A stretch of DNA of 41,166 nt, taken from a virus. The position numbers were made by a program, and so were the translations under genes. The stretch lies in the IMG/VR virus record IMGVR_UViG_3300037882_000312. One strand, written 5' to 3'. This document shows, one piece after another, positions 1-8,567 of this stretch (its first letter is position 1; each line of letters begins with the position of its first letter). A model generated the notes under the pieces. The model did not search any database. It was not told the DNA's origin and was given only the letters and a program-made list of their open reading frames with translations.

Positions 1-99
1 AAAGGCTAAGGCTGCTGCTAAGAAGGCTGGAAGACCGTATCCAAATTTAGTAGATAACGCAGCAGCAAAGAGAAAGGCTAAGTAATGGCAACTGGTACC
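1..99. repeat. Terminal direct repeat, copy 1. It is identical to 41068-41166 and is an assembly overlap indicating a circular or circularly permuted genome.
   Basis: I compared the first 99 nt (aaaggctaaggctgctgctaag...taatggcaactggtacc) with the last 99 nt base by base and they are identical. The repeat lies inside coding sequence: the 3' end of the 40991 gene and the start of the 85 gene. Confidence 0.95.
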
Positions 100-354
100 A
101 ACGGAAGCACACTCCATGCAGAACTTAATCGCCTCGCTAACGGTGGCACCTATCCTGCTATTCAGTCATATGTAGGTGCAGCACAAGCTGCAAATACTTG
201 GGCTGGAACTACAGGACTTAGTGTTGTTGGTGCCTTAAATGTCAAGGCTGGAAACAGCCGACCTAATTACAAAGATCTTCGTGGTGTCTGCAATCAACTA
301 GGCGGCACTACCGATAAGGCTGCTGCCGCAGCCCTGAGAGCGGTGAGTTCATGA
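85..354 (+). CDS. Small hypothetical protein (89 aa), probably virion/tail-associated.
   Basis: ATG overlaps the upstream stop (TAATG), and the stop overlaps the next ATG (ATGA). The AANTWAGTTGLSVVGALN motif resembles a motif I recall from actinophage minor tail proteins, but that recollection is weak. Confidence 0.6.
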   Translation: MATGTNGSTLHAELNRLANGGTYPAIQSYVGAAQAANTWAGTTGLSVVGALNVKAGNSRPNYKDLRGVCNQLGGTTDKAAAAALRAVSS

Positions 355-1256
355 CAACAACATTTGGTGGACTTGTAGAACGAGTCCTTGGGCAGATCCA
401 GAGTTATGGGGCCCAGCAGGAGACTGCTACTTGGATTAACCAATCCGGTGGAATTGCATCAACCACAGCCACAGACTTCGTAGTAAATGAGACTGCCCAG
501 ATGGGCCGTGGCATCATCGAGGTTGGCTCTGAACTGATGTATGTAGACCGGACAGACAACCTAACCAAGCAGGTCTACCTTGCCCCTTGGGGTAGGGGTT
601 TTAGAGGCACCACAGCCTCTACAGCGGCCAATCAGACCAAGGTGGTAATTGCACCTCAATACCCACGCTTCATGGTCAAACAGGCTATTAACGACACAAT
701 CTTGGCTGTTTACCCAGAACTCTTTGGGGTAGGCACACACACCTTTAGCTTCAACTCAGCCGTTACTGCCTACTCACTTCCGGCTACTGCCGACTATGTC
801 CTCAATGTCAAGTGGCAGACCATTGGCTCAACCAAGGAATGGCTCAATGTCCGTAGGTATGACACAGACAAGACTGCCAATACAACAGAATTTGCCAATG
901 GTAAGACCATCAATATTTTTGACATGATTGATCCGGGCAGAACTGTTCAGGTTATCTATGCAAAAGCCCCATCTGTTATGTCATCTGAAAGCGACATCTT
1001 TGAGACTGTAACCGGTCTTCCATCATCTACTATCGATGTAATTGTTTATGGAACTATTGCTCGACTTATCGTTGGTTCAGATGCTGCACGAATCCCAAGC
1101 CAGTCAGTAGAAGCAGACATGATGGATCAATCCAAGCCAATCGGTGGCGGAACATCCGTTGCACGATTCTATCTTGGTCTATACCAGCAACGACTACAGC
1201 AAGAAGCTGCTGGCCTTCGAGATCTTTATCCACCCCGACTCCACTATACGAGGTAA
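351..1256 (+). CDS. Virion structural protein (301 aa), possibly an adaptor or tail component.
   Basis: Long ORF translationally coupled to its neighbours and immediately upstream of the tail-fiber gene. I recognised no enzymatic motif. Confidence 0.6.
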   Translation: MTTTFGGLVERVLGQIQSYGAQQETATWINQSGGIASTTATDFVVNETAQMGRGIIEVGSELMYVDRTDNLTKQVYLAPWGRGFRGTTASTAANQTKVVIAPQYPRFMVKQAINDTILAVYPELFGVGTHTFSFNSAVTAYSLPATADYVLNVKWQTIGSTKEWLNVRRYDTDKTANTTEFANGKTINIFDMIDPGRTVQVIYAKAPSVMSSESDIFETVTGLPSSTIDVIVYGTIARLIVGSDAARIPSQSVEADMMDQSKPIGGGTSVARFYLGLYQQRLQQEAAGLRDLYPPRLHYTR

Positions 1257-1259
1257 CTA

Positions 1260-3065
1260 ATGGCCCAAAAAAGATACTACGCCTCAACAGCAAAACAGGC
1301 ATCGCTATCAACCGGTATCGATAGTACTGTTCTATCAATCACGCTTGACCTAGTAACAGGTTTCCCAAGCAACTACCCTTACACCTTAGTTATCGATCCA
1401 GATACCAACAAGGAAGAACTTGTTAAGGTAACTGCATCAGGTGGTGGAACTACACTTACTGTAACTCGTGGTGAAGACTCAACATCGAATGTGGCTCACT
1501 CCGCAGGAGCTACGGTTCGCCATGTGGTTTCTGGTCAGGACTTTAATGAGTTCTCAGCTCACATTGGATCTGCTGCCGTTCCAACAACAGCAGGTGTCCA
1601 CGGAGTAACTGGAAATGTGGTTGGCGATACAGATGCACAGACTCTTACAAACAAGATTATTTCTGGTGCAGTAATTTCAAATGGTGGAATTCAGTTCGAG
1701 GGTGCAACTGCTGATTCTTATGAGACTACCCTTACAGTAGTTGATCCAACAGCAGACCGAACAATCACCCTTCCTAACGCAACTGGAACAGTAACCCTTG
1801 ATGGGGTTGCATCTACTCTTACATCTAAGACAATCACAAGCGGAACCTTGGGTTCTGATCTTGCTGCTGGTGGCTACAAAGTAACTGGTCTTGCAACACC
1901 ATCTGCCAACACAGATGCTGCTACCAAAGCTTATGTAGATACTCAGGTTTCAAACCTTGTCGATGCAGCACCGGGTGCTTTGGATACCCTCAACGAACTA
2001 GCTGCTGCTATCAACGATGATGCAAGTTTCTCAACCACAGTAACCAACTCGATTGCTACCAAGGTTTCTAAGTCCGGTGATTCTATGACCGGTGCTTTAT
2101 CAATGGGCAATAACAAGATTACAGATCTTGCTACACCTACATCATCTACCGATGCAACCAACAAGTCATATATCGATACTCTTTATGGATCAACAGCTTC
2201 GGCTGCTACATCCGCAACATCAGCTCAGACATCAGCAACAAGTGCAGCAACTAGTGCAACTAGTGCTGCTACTAGTGCAACATCTGCCTCCAACTCTGCA
2301 ACAGCAGCAGCAACTTCTGCTGCATCAGCAAGTACTTCTGCATCTTCTGCGGCATCAAGTTATTCATCTGTTGTCGGACTTACCGGTGCAGGTCTTGTTC
2401 GTGACATGGGTGACATAACTGACACAGATACAACATCAACCACTTATATCAATATAGCAACAGTAGCTACATCAGCAGCAAATTCTGCTACGGCTGCTGC
2501 TACATCTGCAAGCTCTGCTTCAACATCGGCAACTTCTGCTGCTACATCTGCAAGTAGTGCAAGCACATCAGCATCTAGTGCTTTAACATCAGCTACTTCT
2601 GCATCAACAAGTGCATCATCTGCCTCTACTTCGGCATCGAGTGCAGCAACAAGTGCATCAGCCGCTTCAACTAGTGCAACTAGTGCAAGCACAAGTGCAT
2701 CGTCAGCGTTGACTAGTGCAACTAGTGCAGCTACTTCTGCCTCCGCTGCTGCAACATCTGCTACAAGTGCATCTACTTCAGCATCTTCAGCAGCCACCTC
2801 GGCAACTGCCGCAGCAACATCTGCGACTAGTGCTTCAACAAGTGCATCATCTGCACTAACATCACAAACAGCGGCAGCTACCTCGGCCACATCAGCCGCC
2901 ACATCCGCATCTTCTGCGGCCACTTCAGCTACCTCGGCAGCTAATAGTGCAACCGCAGCAGCAAGTTATATCCCAGCGATCTCCGCTGGGGTTAACGGTT
3001 ACTTCTTAACAAACAATGGAACATCCGCTTCATGGGCAAGCCTTTCAGATTGGGGAACAGTATAA
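1260..3065 (+). CDS. Tail fiber protein (601 aa) with long Ser/Ala/Thr triplet-repeat shaft segments.
   Basis: The N-terminus ends in LTVTRGEDSTSNVAHSAGATVRHV, typical of phage fiber N-domains. The fiber motifs TLTNKIISG and TLTSKTITSG are repeated, as are GLATPSANTDAATKAYVD and DLATPTSSTDATNKSYID. About 220 aa consist of (S/T/A)-(S/T/A)-A triplets. Confidence 0.85.
   Translation: MAQKRYYASTAKQASLSTGIDSTVLSITLDLVTGFPSNYPYTLVIDPDTNKEELVKVTASGGGTTLTVTRGEDSTSNVAHSAGATVRHVVSGQDFNEFSAHIGSAAVPTTAGVHGVTGNVVGDTDAQTLTNKIISGAVISNGGIQFEGATADSYETTLTVVDPTADRTITLPNATGTVTLDGVASTLTSKTITSGTLGSDLAAGGYKVTGLATPSANTDAATKAYVDTQVSNLVDAAPGALDTLNELAAAINDDASFSTTVTNSIATKVSKSGDSMTGALSMGNNKITDLATPTSSTDATNKSYIDTLYGSTASAATSATSAQTSATSAATSATSAATSATSASNSATAAATSAASASTSASSAASSYSSVVGLTGAGLVRDMGDITDTDTTSTTYINIATVATSAANSATAAATSASSASTSATSAATSASSASTSASSALTSATSASTSASSASTSASSAATSASAASTSATSASTSASSALTSATSAATSASAAATSATSASTSASSAATSATAAATSATSASTSASSALTSQTAAATSATSAATSASSAATSATSAANSATAAASYIPAISAGVNGYFLTNNGTSASWASLSDWGTV
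2190..2960 (+). repeat. Coding low-complexity tandem repeat in two blocks (about 2190-2365 and 2460-2960), made of 9-nt-periodic gcaac(t/a)agtgca-type units encoding SATSA repeats.
   Basis: The periodicity is visible in the nucleotide sequence. It generates spurious long ORFs in other frames and on the other strand (2092..2418 +, 2444..2923 -). Confidence 0.85.
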
Positions 3066-3622
3066 TGGCATTTGCATTCCAACGCAGACGAGGTACAACT
3101 TCTGCTCACTCAAGCTTTACAGGACTTGTTGGTGAACTTACAGTTGATACTGATAAAAAAACAGTAGTAGTACACGATGGATCGGTAGCAGGTGGTTACC
3201 CACTAAGTCGTGAAAAATATGGAATCCACACGACTCCATTTGAAACAGTTACTACCTCGGCCACATCAGCCGCAACAACAGTTACATACGATGCCGCAAC
3301 GCAATCGGTTTTGTATTATACAAATTCTGCTACTGCAAACTGGACATTTAATTTTCGTGGAAACTCAACCACTACATTAAATAGCATTCTTTCAACAGGT
3401 CAATCAATGACTCTTGTATTTCTAAATACAAGTGGAACTACGGCCTATTATCCAACATCAATTCAAGTAGACGGAACTACATCTGGTGTTACAACTAAAT
3501 GGCAAGGTGGAACAGCACCAACAGCAGGAAACGCATCTTCCATAGATGCGTATGTTGTAACAATTATTAAAACAGCTTCTGCAACATTTACAGTACTTGC
3601 ATCACAAACAAAGTTTGCATAA
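3065..3622 (+). CDS. Tail fiber/spike protein (185 aa) with a conserved fiber N-terminal RRGT...GEL..DTD...HDG..AGG motif.
   Basis: The start moves to the ATG at 3065, which overlaps the upstream TAA. MAFAFQRRRGTTSAHSSFTGLVGELTVDTDKKTVVVHDGSVAGGYPL matches the widespread N-terminal domain of phage fibers, hyaluronidase-type spikes and Mtd-type proteins. Confidence 0.75.
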   Translation: MAFAFQRRRGTTSAHSSFTGLVGELTVDTDKKTVVVHDGSVAGGYPLSREKYGIHTTPFETVTTSATSAATTVTYDAATQSVLYYTNSATANWTFNFRGNSTTTLNSILSTGQSMTLVFLNTSGTTAYYPTSIQVDGTTSGVTTKWQGGTAPTAGNASSIDAYVVTIIKTASATFTVLASQTKFA

Positions 3623-3634
3623 GGAGATTAGACA

Positions 3635-4600
3635 ATGCCTTTATTAACCGTTACTAGTTCACCAAGATTAGGAATCACATCGTTGGTTTCTGCATCAAAG
3701 CCAACATCAGTTGAATATCTTGTAATTGCCGGTGGTGGTGGAGGAGGAGGATCTAACTCTGGAACAACATATGCCGGTGGTGGAGGTGCAGGAGGATACA
3801 AGACATCTACTTCATTTAGCGTATCTGGATCAACTAATTACACAGTAACTGTTGGTGCAGGTGGTGCAGGTGGCACAACAGAGCGTGGAGTAAATGGAAA
3901 TAACTCTGTATTTTCATCCGTGACATCAACCGGTGGTGGTGCTGGTGGTCAAGGAACTTCTCTTGACAATCCAACTTCTTATCAAACCGGTGCTGATGGC
4001 GGCTCTGGTGGTGGTGGAGGAGCTTGTTACAAGCCAAATAACGCTACCAACGCAGGTGGTACAGCATCTCCATCGGGTCAAGGTAATGACGGTGGTGCAG
4101 GTAAAATGTACTTTGGTAACCCTACAAATGGTTACGCAGCCGGTGGTGGTGGAGGTGCAGGTGCTGCTGGTGTTGCAGCAACCGTTGCAAGTACTACAAC
4201 TTATGGTCGAGGTGGAGATGGACTTTCTAGCAGCATAAATGGAACTGCAACTTATCGTGGTGGCGGTGGTGCTGGCGGTGGAAGCAGAAGCGGTACAGAT
4301 GCTAATGAAAGACAAGGTGGTTTAGGCGGAGGAGGATATTCTTCTAATGCTTATTACTACGGATCTCGACATTGTGCTGCTGGAACAGCTAATACTGGAG
4401 GCGGTGGCGGTGGCCACGATGGTGACGGCGGAACCGATAAAGGTATGCCGGGTGGTTCTGGAATAGTTATTATTGCTTATCCAGATACATATTCTGATAT
4501 GACTGTTGGATCTGGATTAACATATACAAGAAGCACTTCATCACGATCAGGATACAAAGTTTATACCTTTACTGGTGGAACAGGAACGGTGAGTTGGTAA
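3635..4600 (+). CDS. Glycine-rich tail-associated protein (321 aa).
   Basis: A Shine-Dalgarno-like aaggag lies 8 nt upstream. The protein has many GGGGxGG runs (GGGGGGGS, GGGGAGG, GGGGGAGAAG) and the gene sits between fiber genes. Confidence 0.7.
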   Translation: MPLLTVTSSPRLGITSLVSASKPTSVEYLVIAGGGGGGGSNSGTTYAGGGGAGGYKTSTSFSVSGSTNYTVTVGAGGAGGTTERGVNGNNSVFSSVTSTGGGAGGQGTSLDNPTSYQTGADGGSGGGGGACYKPNNATNAGGTASPSGQGNDGGAGKMYFGNPTNGYAAGGGGGAGAAGVAATVASTTTYGRGGDGLSSSINGTATYRGGGGAGGGSRSGTDANERQGGLGGGGYSSNAYYYGSRHCAAGTANTGGGGGGHDGDGGTDKGMPGGSGIVIIAYPDTYSDMTVGSGLTYTRSTSSRSGYKVYTFTGGTGTVSW

Positions 4601-4974
4601 TGGCACACTTTGCACAACTTGATGAAAACAATATAGTCATACAAGTTATTGTTGCTGGAGATGAATATGAATCTACTGGCGAAGAATTGTATGCACAAAA
4701 TGTTGGTGGTGTATGGAAGCGTACTTCATACAACACAGTAAGTAATCATCATCGCAATGGAGGCACCCCATTTAGAGGAAACTATGCTGGTGTTGGGTTT
4801 ACTTACGATGAAAGATTAGATGCTTTTATCCCACCTAAGCCATTTAACTCTTGGGTACTAGATGAATCTATATGTAATTGGGTACCACCAATTCCAGTTC
4901 CAGATGCATCATCTGCTTGGATGTGGGATGAGGAAACTCTATCTTGGATAGAGCCACCAGTTCCACAAGAATAA
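4600..4974 (+). CDS. Conserved phage hypothetical protein (124 aa).
   Basis: The ATG at 4600 overlaps the upstream TAA. The MAHFAQLDENNIVIQVIV N-terminus and W-rich C-terminus resemble a family I recall from many phages downstream of fiber genes. Confidence 0.6.
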   Translation: MAHFAQLDENNIVIQVIVAGDEYESTGEELYAQNVGGVWKRTSYNTVSNHHRNGGTPFRGNYAGVGFTYDERLDAFIPPKPFNSWVLDESICNWVPPIPVPDASSAWMWDEETLSWIEPPVPQE

Positions 4975-5429
4975 TATCGGCTGGCTTTCCACGGTCAGGT
5001 AATACTTTTCTTTGGCAATTACTGGAGCAATCATTTCCAACCACTAATGTTGTTGAGTTTACACACAATGTAAACACACTAGACATTGTTGGATGTATCG
5101 TTCCAGTAAGAAATCCATACCAATCTGTTCCTAGTTGGTGTGCATTTTCTGGAGAAAAAAATATAGAAGCAACTGCTAAATGGTATATGAGATTTAATAC
5201 AAAAGTATTAAATAATATAAATAATTTATTAGTTGTTGATTTTATAGAACTTTCAACAGACCCACTAATTATTATTAAAAAAATAGCCAATCAATTAAAT
5301 ATCTCCCCAATAAAAGTTAATCATCTAAACATAGATAAAAATGCTAAATTCAAAAACTATGAAGAATATAATAGTCCACTAATGGAAGATTGCTATAACT
5401 TATATAAGGAGATTGTAAAACAATTATGA
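4944..5429 (+). CDS. PAPS-dependent sulfotransferase-like protein (161 aa).
   Basis: GFPRSGNTFL matches the 5'-phosphosulfate-binding loop (PKSGTTW type). PVRNPYQSVPSW matches the 3'-phosphate-binding RNPxxxxxS motif. The only in-frame start is TTG at 4944. The gene is very AT-rich compared with its flanks. Confidence 0.7.
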   Translation: MDRATSSTRIISAGFPRSGNTFLWQLLEQSFPTTNVVEFTHNVNTLDIVGCIVPVRNPYQSVPSWCAFSGEKNIEATAKWYMRFNTKVLNNINNLLVVDFIELSTDPLIIIKKIANQLNISPIKVNHLNIDKNAKFKNYEEYNSPLMEDCYNLYKEIVKQL

Positions 5430-6172
5430 TTATTCAAATAATTGGTTTGCCCGGTTCTGGTAAAACTACATTAGCTACAGAACTTGCAGGCAGAATTAAC
5501 GCCATACATCTTAATGCTGATTATGTTAGATCAACTATTAACTCAGATCTTGGATTTACTCCAAAAGATAGAATAGAACATTCTCGCCGTATGGGCGAAA
5601 TAGCAAAAATGCTATCAAGTCAAGGGTTAGATGTAGTTGTTGACTTCATATGCCCTACTGTTGCTACTCGTTCTGCTTTTGGTAAACCAGACATACTTGT
5701 ATGGATGGATACAATAACAAGCGGAAGGTTTGAAGACACAAATAAAATGTGGGAAAAGCCAGCCACATTTGATTATAGGTTTATTGATTTTGATTCAAAA
5801 AATCAAGCAAGTTTAATAATTTCATATTCTGATTTACCTGATTGGAAAGCACCGACAACCTTAATGCTTGGAAGATACCAACCTTGGCATGAAGGACATC
5901 ACGCATTATTGGAGAAAGCTTATGAAAAAACAACACAAGTTGTTATTGGTGTTAGAGACACTCAAGGTACTAGCGAAAAAGATCCTCTTAGTTATGAAGA
6001 AGTTGCCGATAGGATACGAACCGAAGAACGATCACCTTTTATTGTAAAGTTTCCAAACATTACAAACATAGTTTATGGGCGTGATGTTGGATATAAAATT
6101 GAACAAGTTGATTTGGGTGCAGATATACACGCAATTTCAGCTACGCAAAAGCGTAAGGAAATGGGTATATGA
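5426..6172 (+). CDS. cysC: Adenylylsulfate (APS) kinase domain fused to an HxGH cytidylyl/adenylyl-transferase-like domain (248 aa).
   Basis: The N-terminal half, GLPGSGKTTLA...LNADYVRSTINSDLGFTPKDRIEHSRRMGEIAKMLSSQGLDVVVDFICP, aligns motif-for-motif with CysC (GLSGSGKST...[32 protein letters not shown]...FISP). The C-terminal roughly 110 aa carry LGRYQPWHEGHHALLEKA, a GRFQPxHxGH-type nucleotidyltransferase signature. Confidence 0.8.
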   Translation: MIIQIIGLPGSGKTTLATELAGRINAIHLNADYVRSTINSDLGFTPKDRIEHSRRMGEIAKMLSSQGLDVVVDFICPTVATRSAFGKPDILVWMDTITSGRFEDTNKMWEKPATFDYRFIDFDSKNQASLIISYSDLPDWKAPTTLMLGRYQPWHEGHHALLEKAYEKTTQVVIGVRDTQGTSEKDPLSYEEVADRIRTEERSPFIVKFPNITNIVYGRDVGYKIEQVDLGADIHAISATQKRKEMGI

Positions 6173-6372
6173 AGGTAACTAAATCTCGTTCATTTATTAA
6201 ATCTATTAGTTATAGAATTTTTGGAACTTTAAGTTCTTTTCTTGTTGCTTATGTCATAACAGGAAAGGGAACCCTATCCGCTTTAATTGCTTTTTGGGAG
6301 ACGGTTATCAAGGTAGGAATTTATTATTGGCATGAAAGAATTTGGAACAAGATAGGTTGGGGAAGGAAATAA
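6169..6372 (+). CDS. Small two-TM membrane protein (67 aa), DUF2061-like.
   Basis: SISYRIFGTLSSFLVAYVITG...VGIYYWHERIWNKIGWG matches my memory of the DUF2061 signature (YR..gt...f...y..tG ... YY.HERvWn). The start overlaps the upstream stop (ATGA). Confidence 0.6.
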   Translation: MKVTKSRSFIKSISYRIFGTLSSFLVAYVITGKGTLSALIAFWETVIKVGIYYWHERIWNKIGWGRK

Positions 6373-8367
6373 ATGGTTCAGAAAGCATCTAAATCACCGG
6401 ACATTTCAGAGTCCGTTATCCTCGACCTTACGGGTCGAAGCTCTCAATACTACGATCCAAACACCTATGCCTTTGATGTGGCTATTGGTGGTTTGCCATT
6501 CTTACTGAATGTAAACGACACAACTCCTTACCGCAGATCTACTGCCCGATGGAAATATGAGCGTGTTGACCAAGCTCGTGAACCGGGTGAGCAGACTCTT
6601 GACTCAGGTCTTTGGGTTCGATCTCAAACATCATTTCACCTTGGTGAAGGTGTTCAGTTTCAGGAAGCACTAGAAGGCAACGCAGAACAACTACGCTTTC
6701 GTTACTTTACTGGACAAGGCATTGACCCATGGACTCCGGGCCAAATCTCTTTACTCAAAGACACAACCAAGTTATATCCAGCGGCAACTAATACATCTGC
6801 CAAGATGATTGCTTTGCCAGTTACTATTAGTGGCACAGACTATGTACTTAATGTTAGCTGTGCAGCAGCTTCTGGAACCAATGTTCGTGTATCCAGAGTT
6901 ACTGCTGATGGAACTGTTACAGATTTAATCCTTGGATCCGCCATTTCTAAAGAAATTTTTGCAGCAGAGACAGATGGAAACAATATCTATCTTGCTACAG
7001 AAGATTATATTTATGACTTAGATTTAGTTACATCAGGTGCAACTCTTCACACACATACACATATTGGTGCAACACATAATGCTAGAGCAATCAGCATGAA
7101 ATATGTAAAGAGTCGTTTGATGGTTGGCATTGCATTTGTTGCAGGATCTGCAACTCGTGCAGGTGTTTATGAAGTAGCAACAGCAACACACAATACAACA
7201 GCAAACTTGCCAACTGCTATTGCTAATACAACCACGGTTCCAATTAACTGGTTTTGGTCTGACATAGCAGAAGGTCGTGGTGCTATCTATGTTGCAGGTT
7301 ATGCAGGTGACAAGTCATCAATCTTTAAGATTGCTCCTGACTCATCTGGTGCTTTGGGAGCTGCTGTATCAGTAGCAGACATTCCTCGAGGCGAGACAGT
7401 TAGATCACTTTTTGGATACCTTGGAACCTACCTTGCTATCGGAACCTCTCGTGGTGTCCGTATTGCGGCTATTGCAGATGATGCAACTATTGTCTATGGC
7501 CCATTGATATTTAATTCAACTAACCCAATTCTTGCCTTTGCAGCTAGAGACTCTTATATCTATGCAGGCGTTAAGGCTGGCATAGGTGGTGCTTCTGGAA
7601 TCTATCGCATTTACCTTGGACAACTACTTGATGATGGAACCTACCCATATGCTACAGATATTGTTGCATCTGGAACTACTGGATCAGTAGATTCTTTAGG
7701 GTTCTTTCCAACATCTGCTCAATTATTTTTCTCTGTATATGGCAGCGGAACATGGTTGCAACACGCAACAAACCTTGTATCAGAAGGAACAGTTCAAACA
7801 GCAATCGTTAACTGGGGAACACTAGAAAAGAAAGCATGGAAGCGTGTCCGTGTTGAGACCGGAACCCTTACTGGAAACATTGAAATCTATGCCGATGCTA
7901 ATGAAGGCCGTACTCAGATTACAACTTTGACTACCGGCAACTCATACAACACAGACTTCGATCTATCTGCTGCTTACCCATCGACTCAGGTAAATGGCCA
8001 GTTAGCCTTTACCTTATACCGCAATGCTGATGATTCAACTAAGGGTGCAGTAATGAAGGGTTATGCCATTAAAGCTATTCCTAGCCCTACTCGATCTCGT
8101 CTGATCCAGTTGCCATTGATGTGTTATGACTTTGAATCAGATCGCCGTAACACTCGTTACGGAACTTTAGGCGGAGCCAAGTATCGCTTATCAGCTTTAG
8201 AGACTGTTGAATCGGAAGGTGCAACAGTTCTTGTGCAAGACTTTACATCCGGTGAAAACTTCGATGCTGTTATCGAAGAGATTGCCTTTACAAGAATGAC
8301 CCCACCATCTGGCAATAATGAGAACTTTGGTGGAATCATTACCATTACTATGAGAACGGTAGTCTGA
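6373..8367 (+). CDS. Large virion protein (664 aa), possibly a tail nozzle/tubular-B-like beta-propeller protein.
   Basis: Long ORF with recurring blade-like motifs (NNIYLATEDYIYDLD, GAIYVAGYAGD, SYIYAGVKAG, GIYRIYLG). The call rests on position in the tail module and is inference only. Confidence 0.5.
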   Translation: MVQKASKSPDISESVILDLTGRSSQYYDPNTYAFDVAIGGLPFLLNVNDTTPYRRSTARWKYERVDQAREPGEQTLDSGLWVRSQTSFHLGEGVQFQEALEGNAEQLRFRYFTGQGIDPWTPGQISLLKDTTKLYPAATNTSAKMIALPVTISGTDYVLNVSCAAASGTNVRVSRVTADGTVTDLILGSAISKEIFAAETDGNNIYLATEDYIYDLDLVTSGATLHTHTHIGATHNARAISMKYVKSRLMVGIAFVAGSATRAGVYEVATATHNTTANLPTAIANTTTVPINWFWSDIAEGRGAIYVAGYAGDKSSIFKIAPDSSGALGAAVSVADIPRGETVRSLFGYLGTYLAIGTSRGVRIAAIADDATIVYGPLIFNSTNPILAFAARDSYIYAGVKAGIGGASGIYRIYLGQLLDDGTYPYATDIVASGTTGSVDSLGFFPTSAQLFFSVYGSGTWLQHATNLVSEGTVQTAIVNWGTLEKKAWKRVRVETGTLTGNIEIYADANEGRTQITTLTTGNSYNTDFDLSAAYPSTQVNGQLAFTLYRNADDSTKGAVMKGYAIKAIPSPTRSRLIQLPLMCYDFESDRRNTRYGTLGGAKYRLSALETVESEGATVLVQDFTSGENFDAVIEEIAFTRMTPPSGNNENFGGIITITMRTVV

Positions 8368-8567
8368 TGTCGGCTATGGACTGGGCAGCATTTACAGTAT
8401 CTATCCTTGCAATTATTGGCGGCTTTGCTGCCGGTATTCGTTGGATGGTTATCCACTATCTACAAGAACTTAAAACCAATGGTGGGTCAAGCCTCAAGGA
8501 TCAGGTCAATGCCCTACAAATAAAGGTAGACTTGATATATGACATCGTCACATCCAAGCGAAAGTAA
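8367..8567 (+). CDS. Small membrane protein (66 aa).
   Basis: The start overlaps the upstream stop (ATGA). There is one TM segment (AAFTVSILAIIGGFAAGIRWMVI) followed by the motif NGGSSLKDQVNAL. Confidence 0.6.
   Translation: MSAMDWAAFTVSILAIIGGFAAGIRWMVIHYLQELKTNGGSSLKDQVNALQIKVDLIYDIVTSKRK

Noticed and set aside
1-99. The terminal repeats as prophage att sites or biological direct terminal repeats.
   Set aside because: The repeat sits inside coding sequence and coincides exactly with both contig ends. No integrase or host flanking DNA is present. An assembly overlap of a circular or permuted genome is the simplest explanation.
2444-2923. A 159-aa minus-strand ORF (ADVA-repeat protein) and a 108-aa plus-strand ORF (2092..2418) inside the fiber gene.
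   Set aside because: Both are frame and strand shadows of the SATSA codon repeats. They have no independent start context and extreme low complexity, and the fiber frame carries recognisable fiber motifs on both sides.
3065-3622. A diversity-generating retroelement target, because the N-terminal motif resembles the Mtd/fiber N-domain.
   Set aside because: No reverse transcriptase gene and no template/variable repeat pair could be found in the genome. The N-terminal motif is common to many non-DGR fibers.
3834-4315. Overlapping ORFs (3834..4037 -, 3926..4315 -, 3933..4238 +) inside the glycine-rich gene.
   Set aside because: They are shadows of GGN repeats. Only the 3635..4600 frame has an SD and is coupled to its neighbours.
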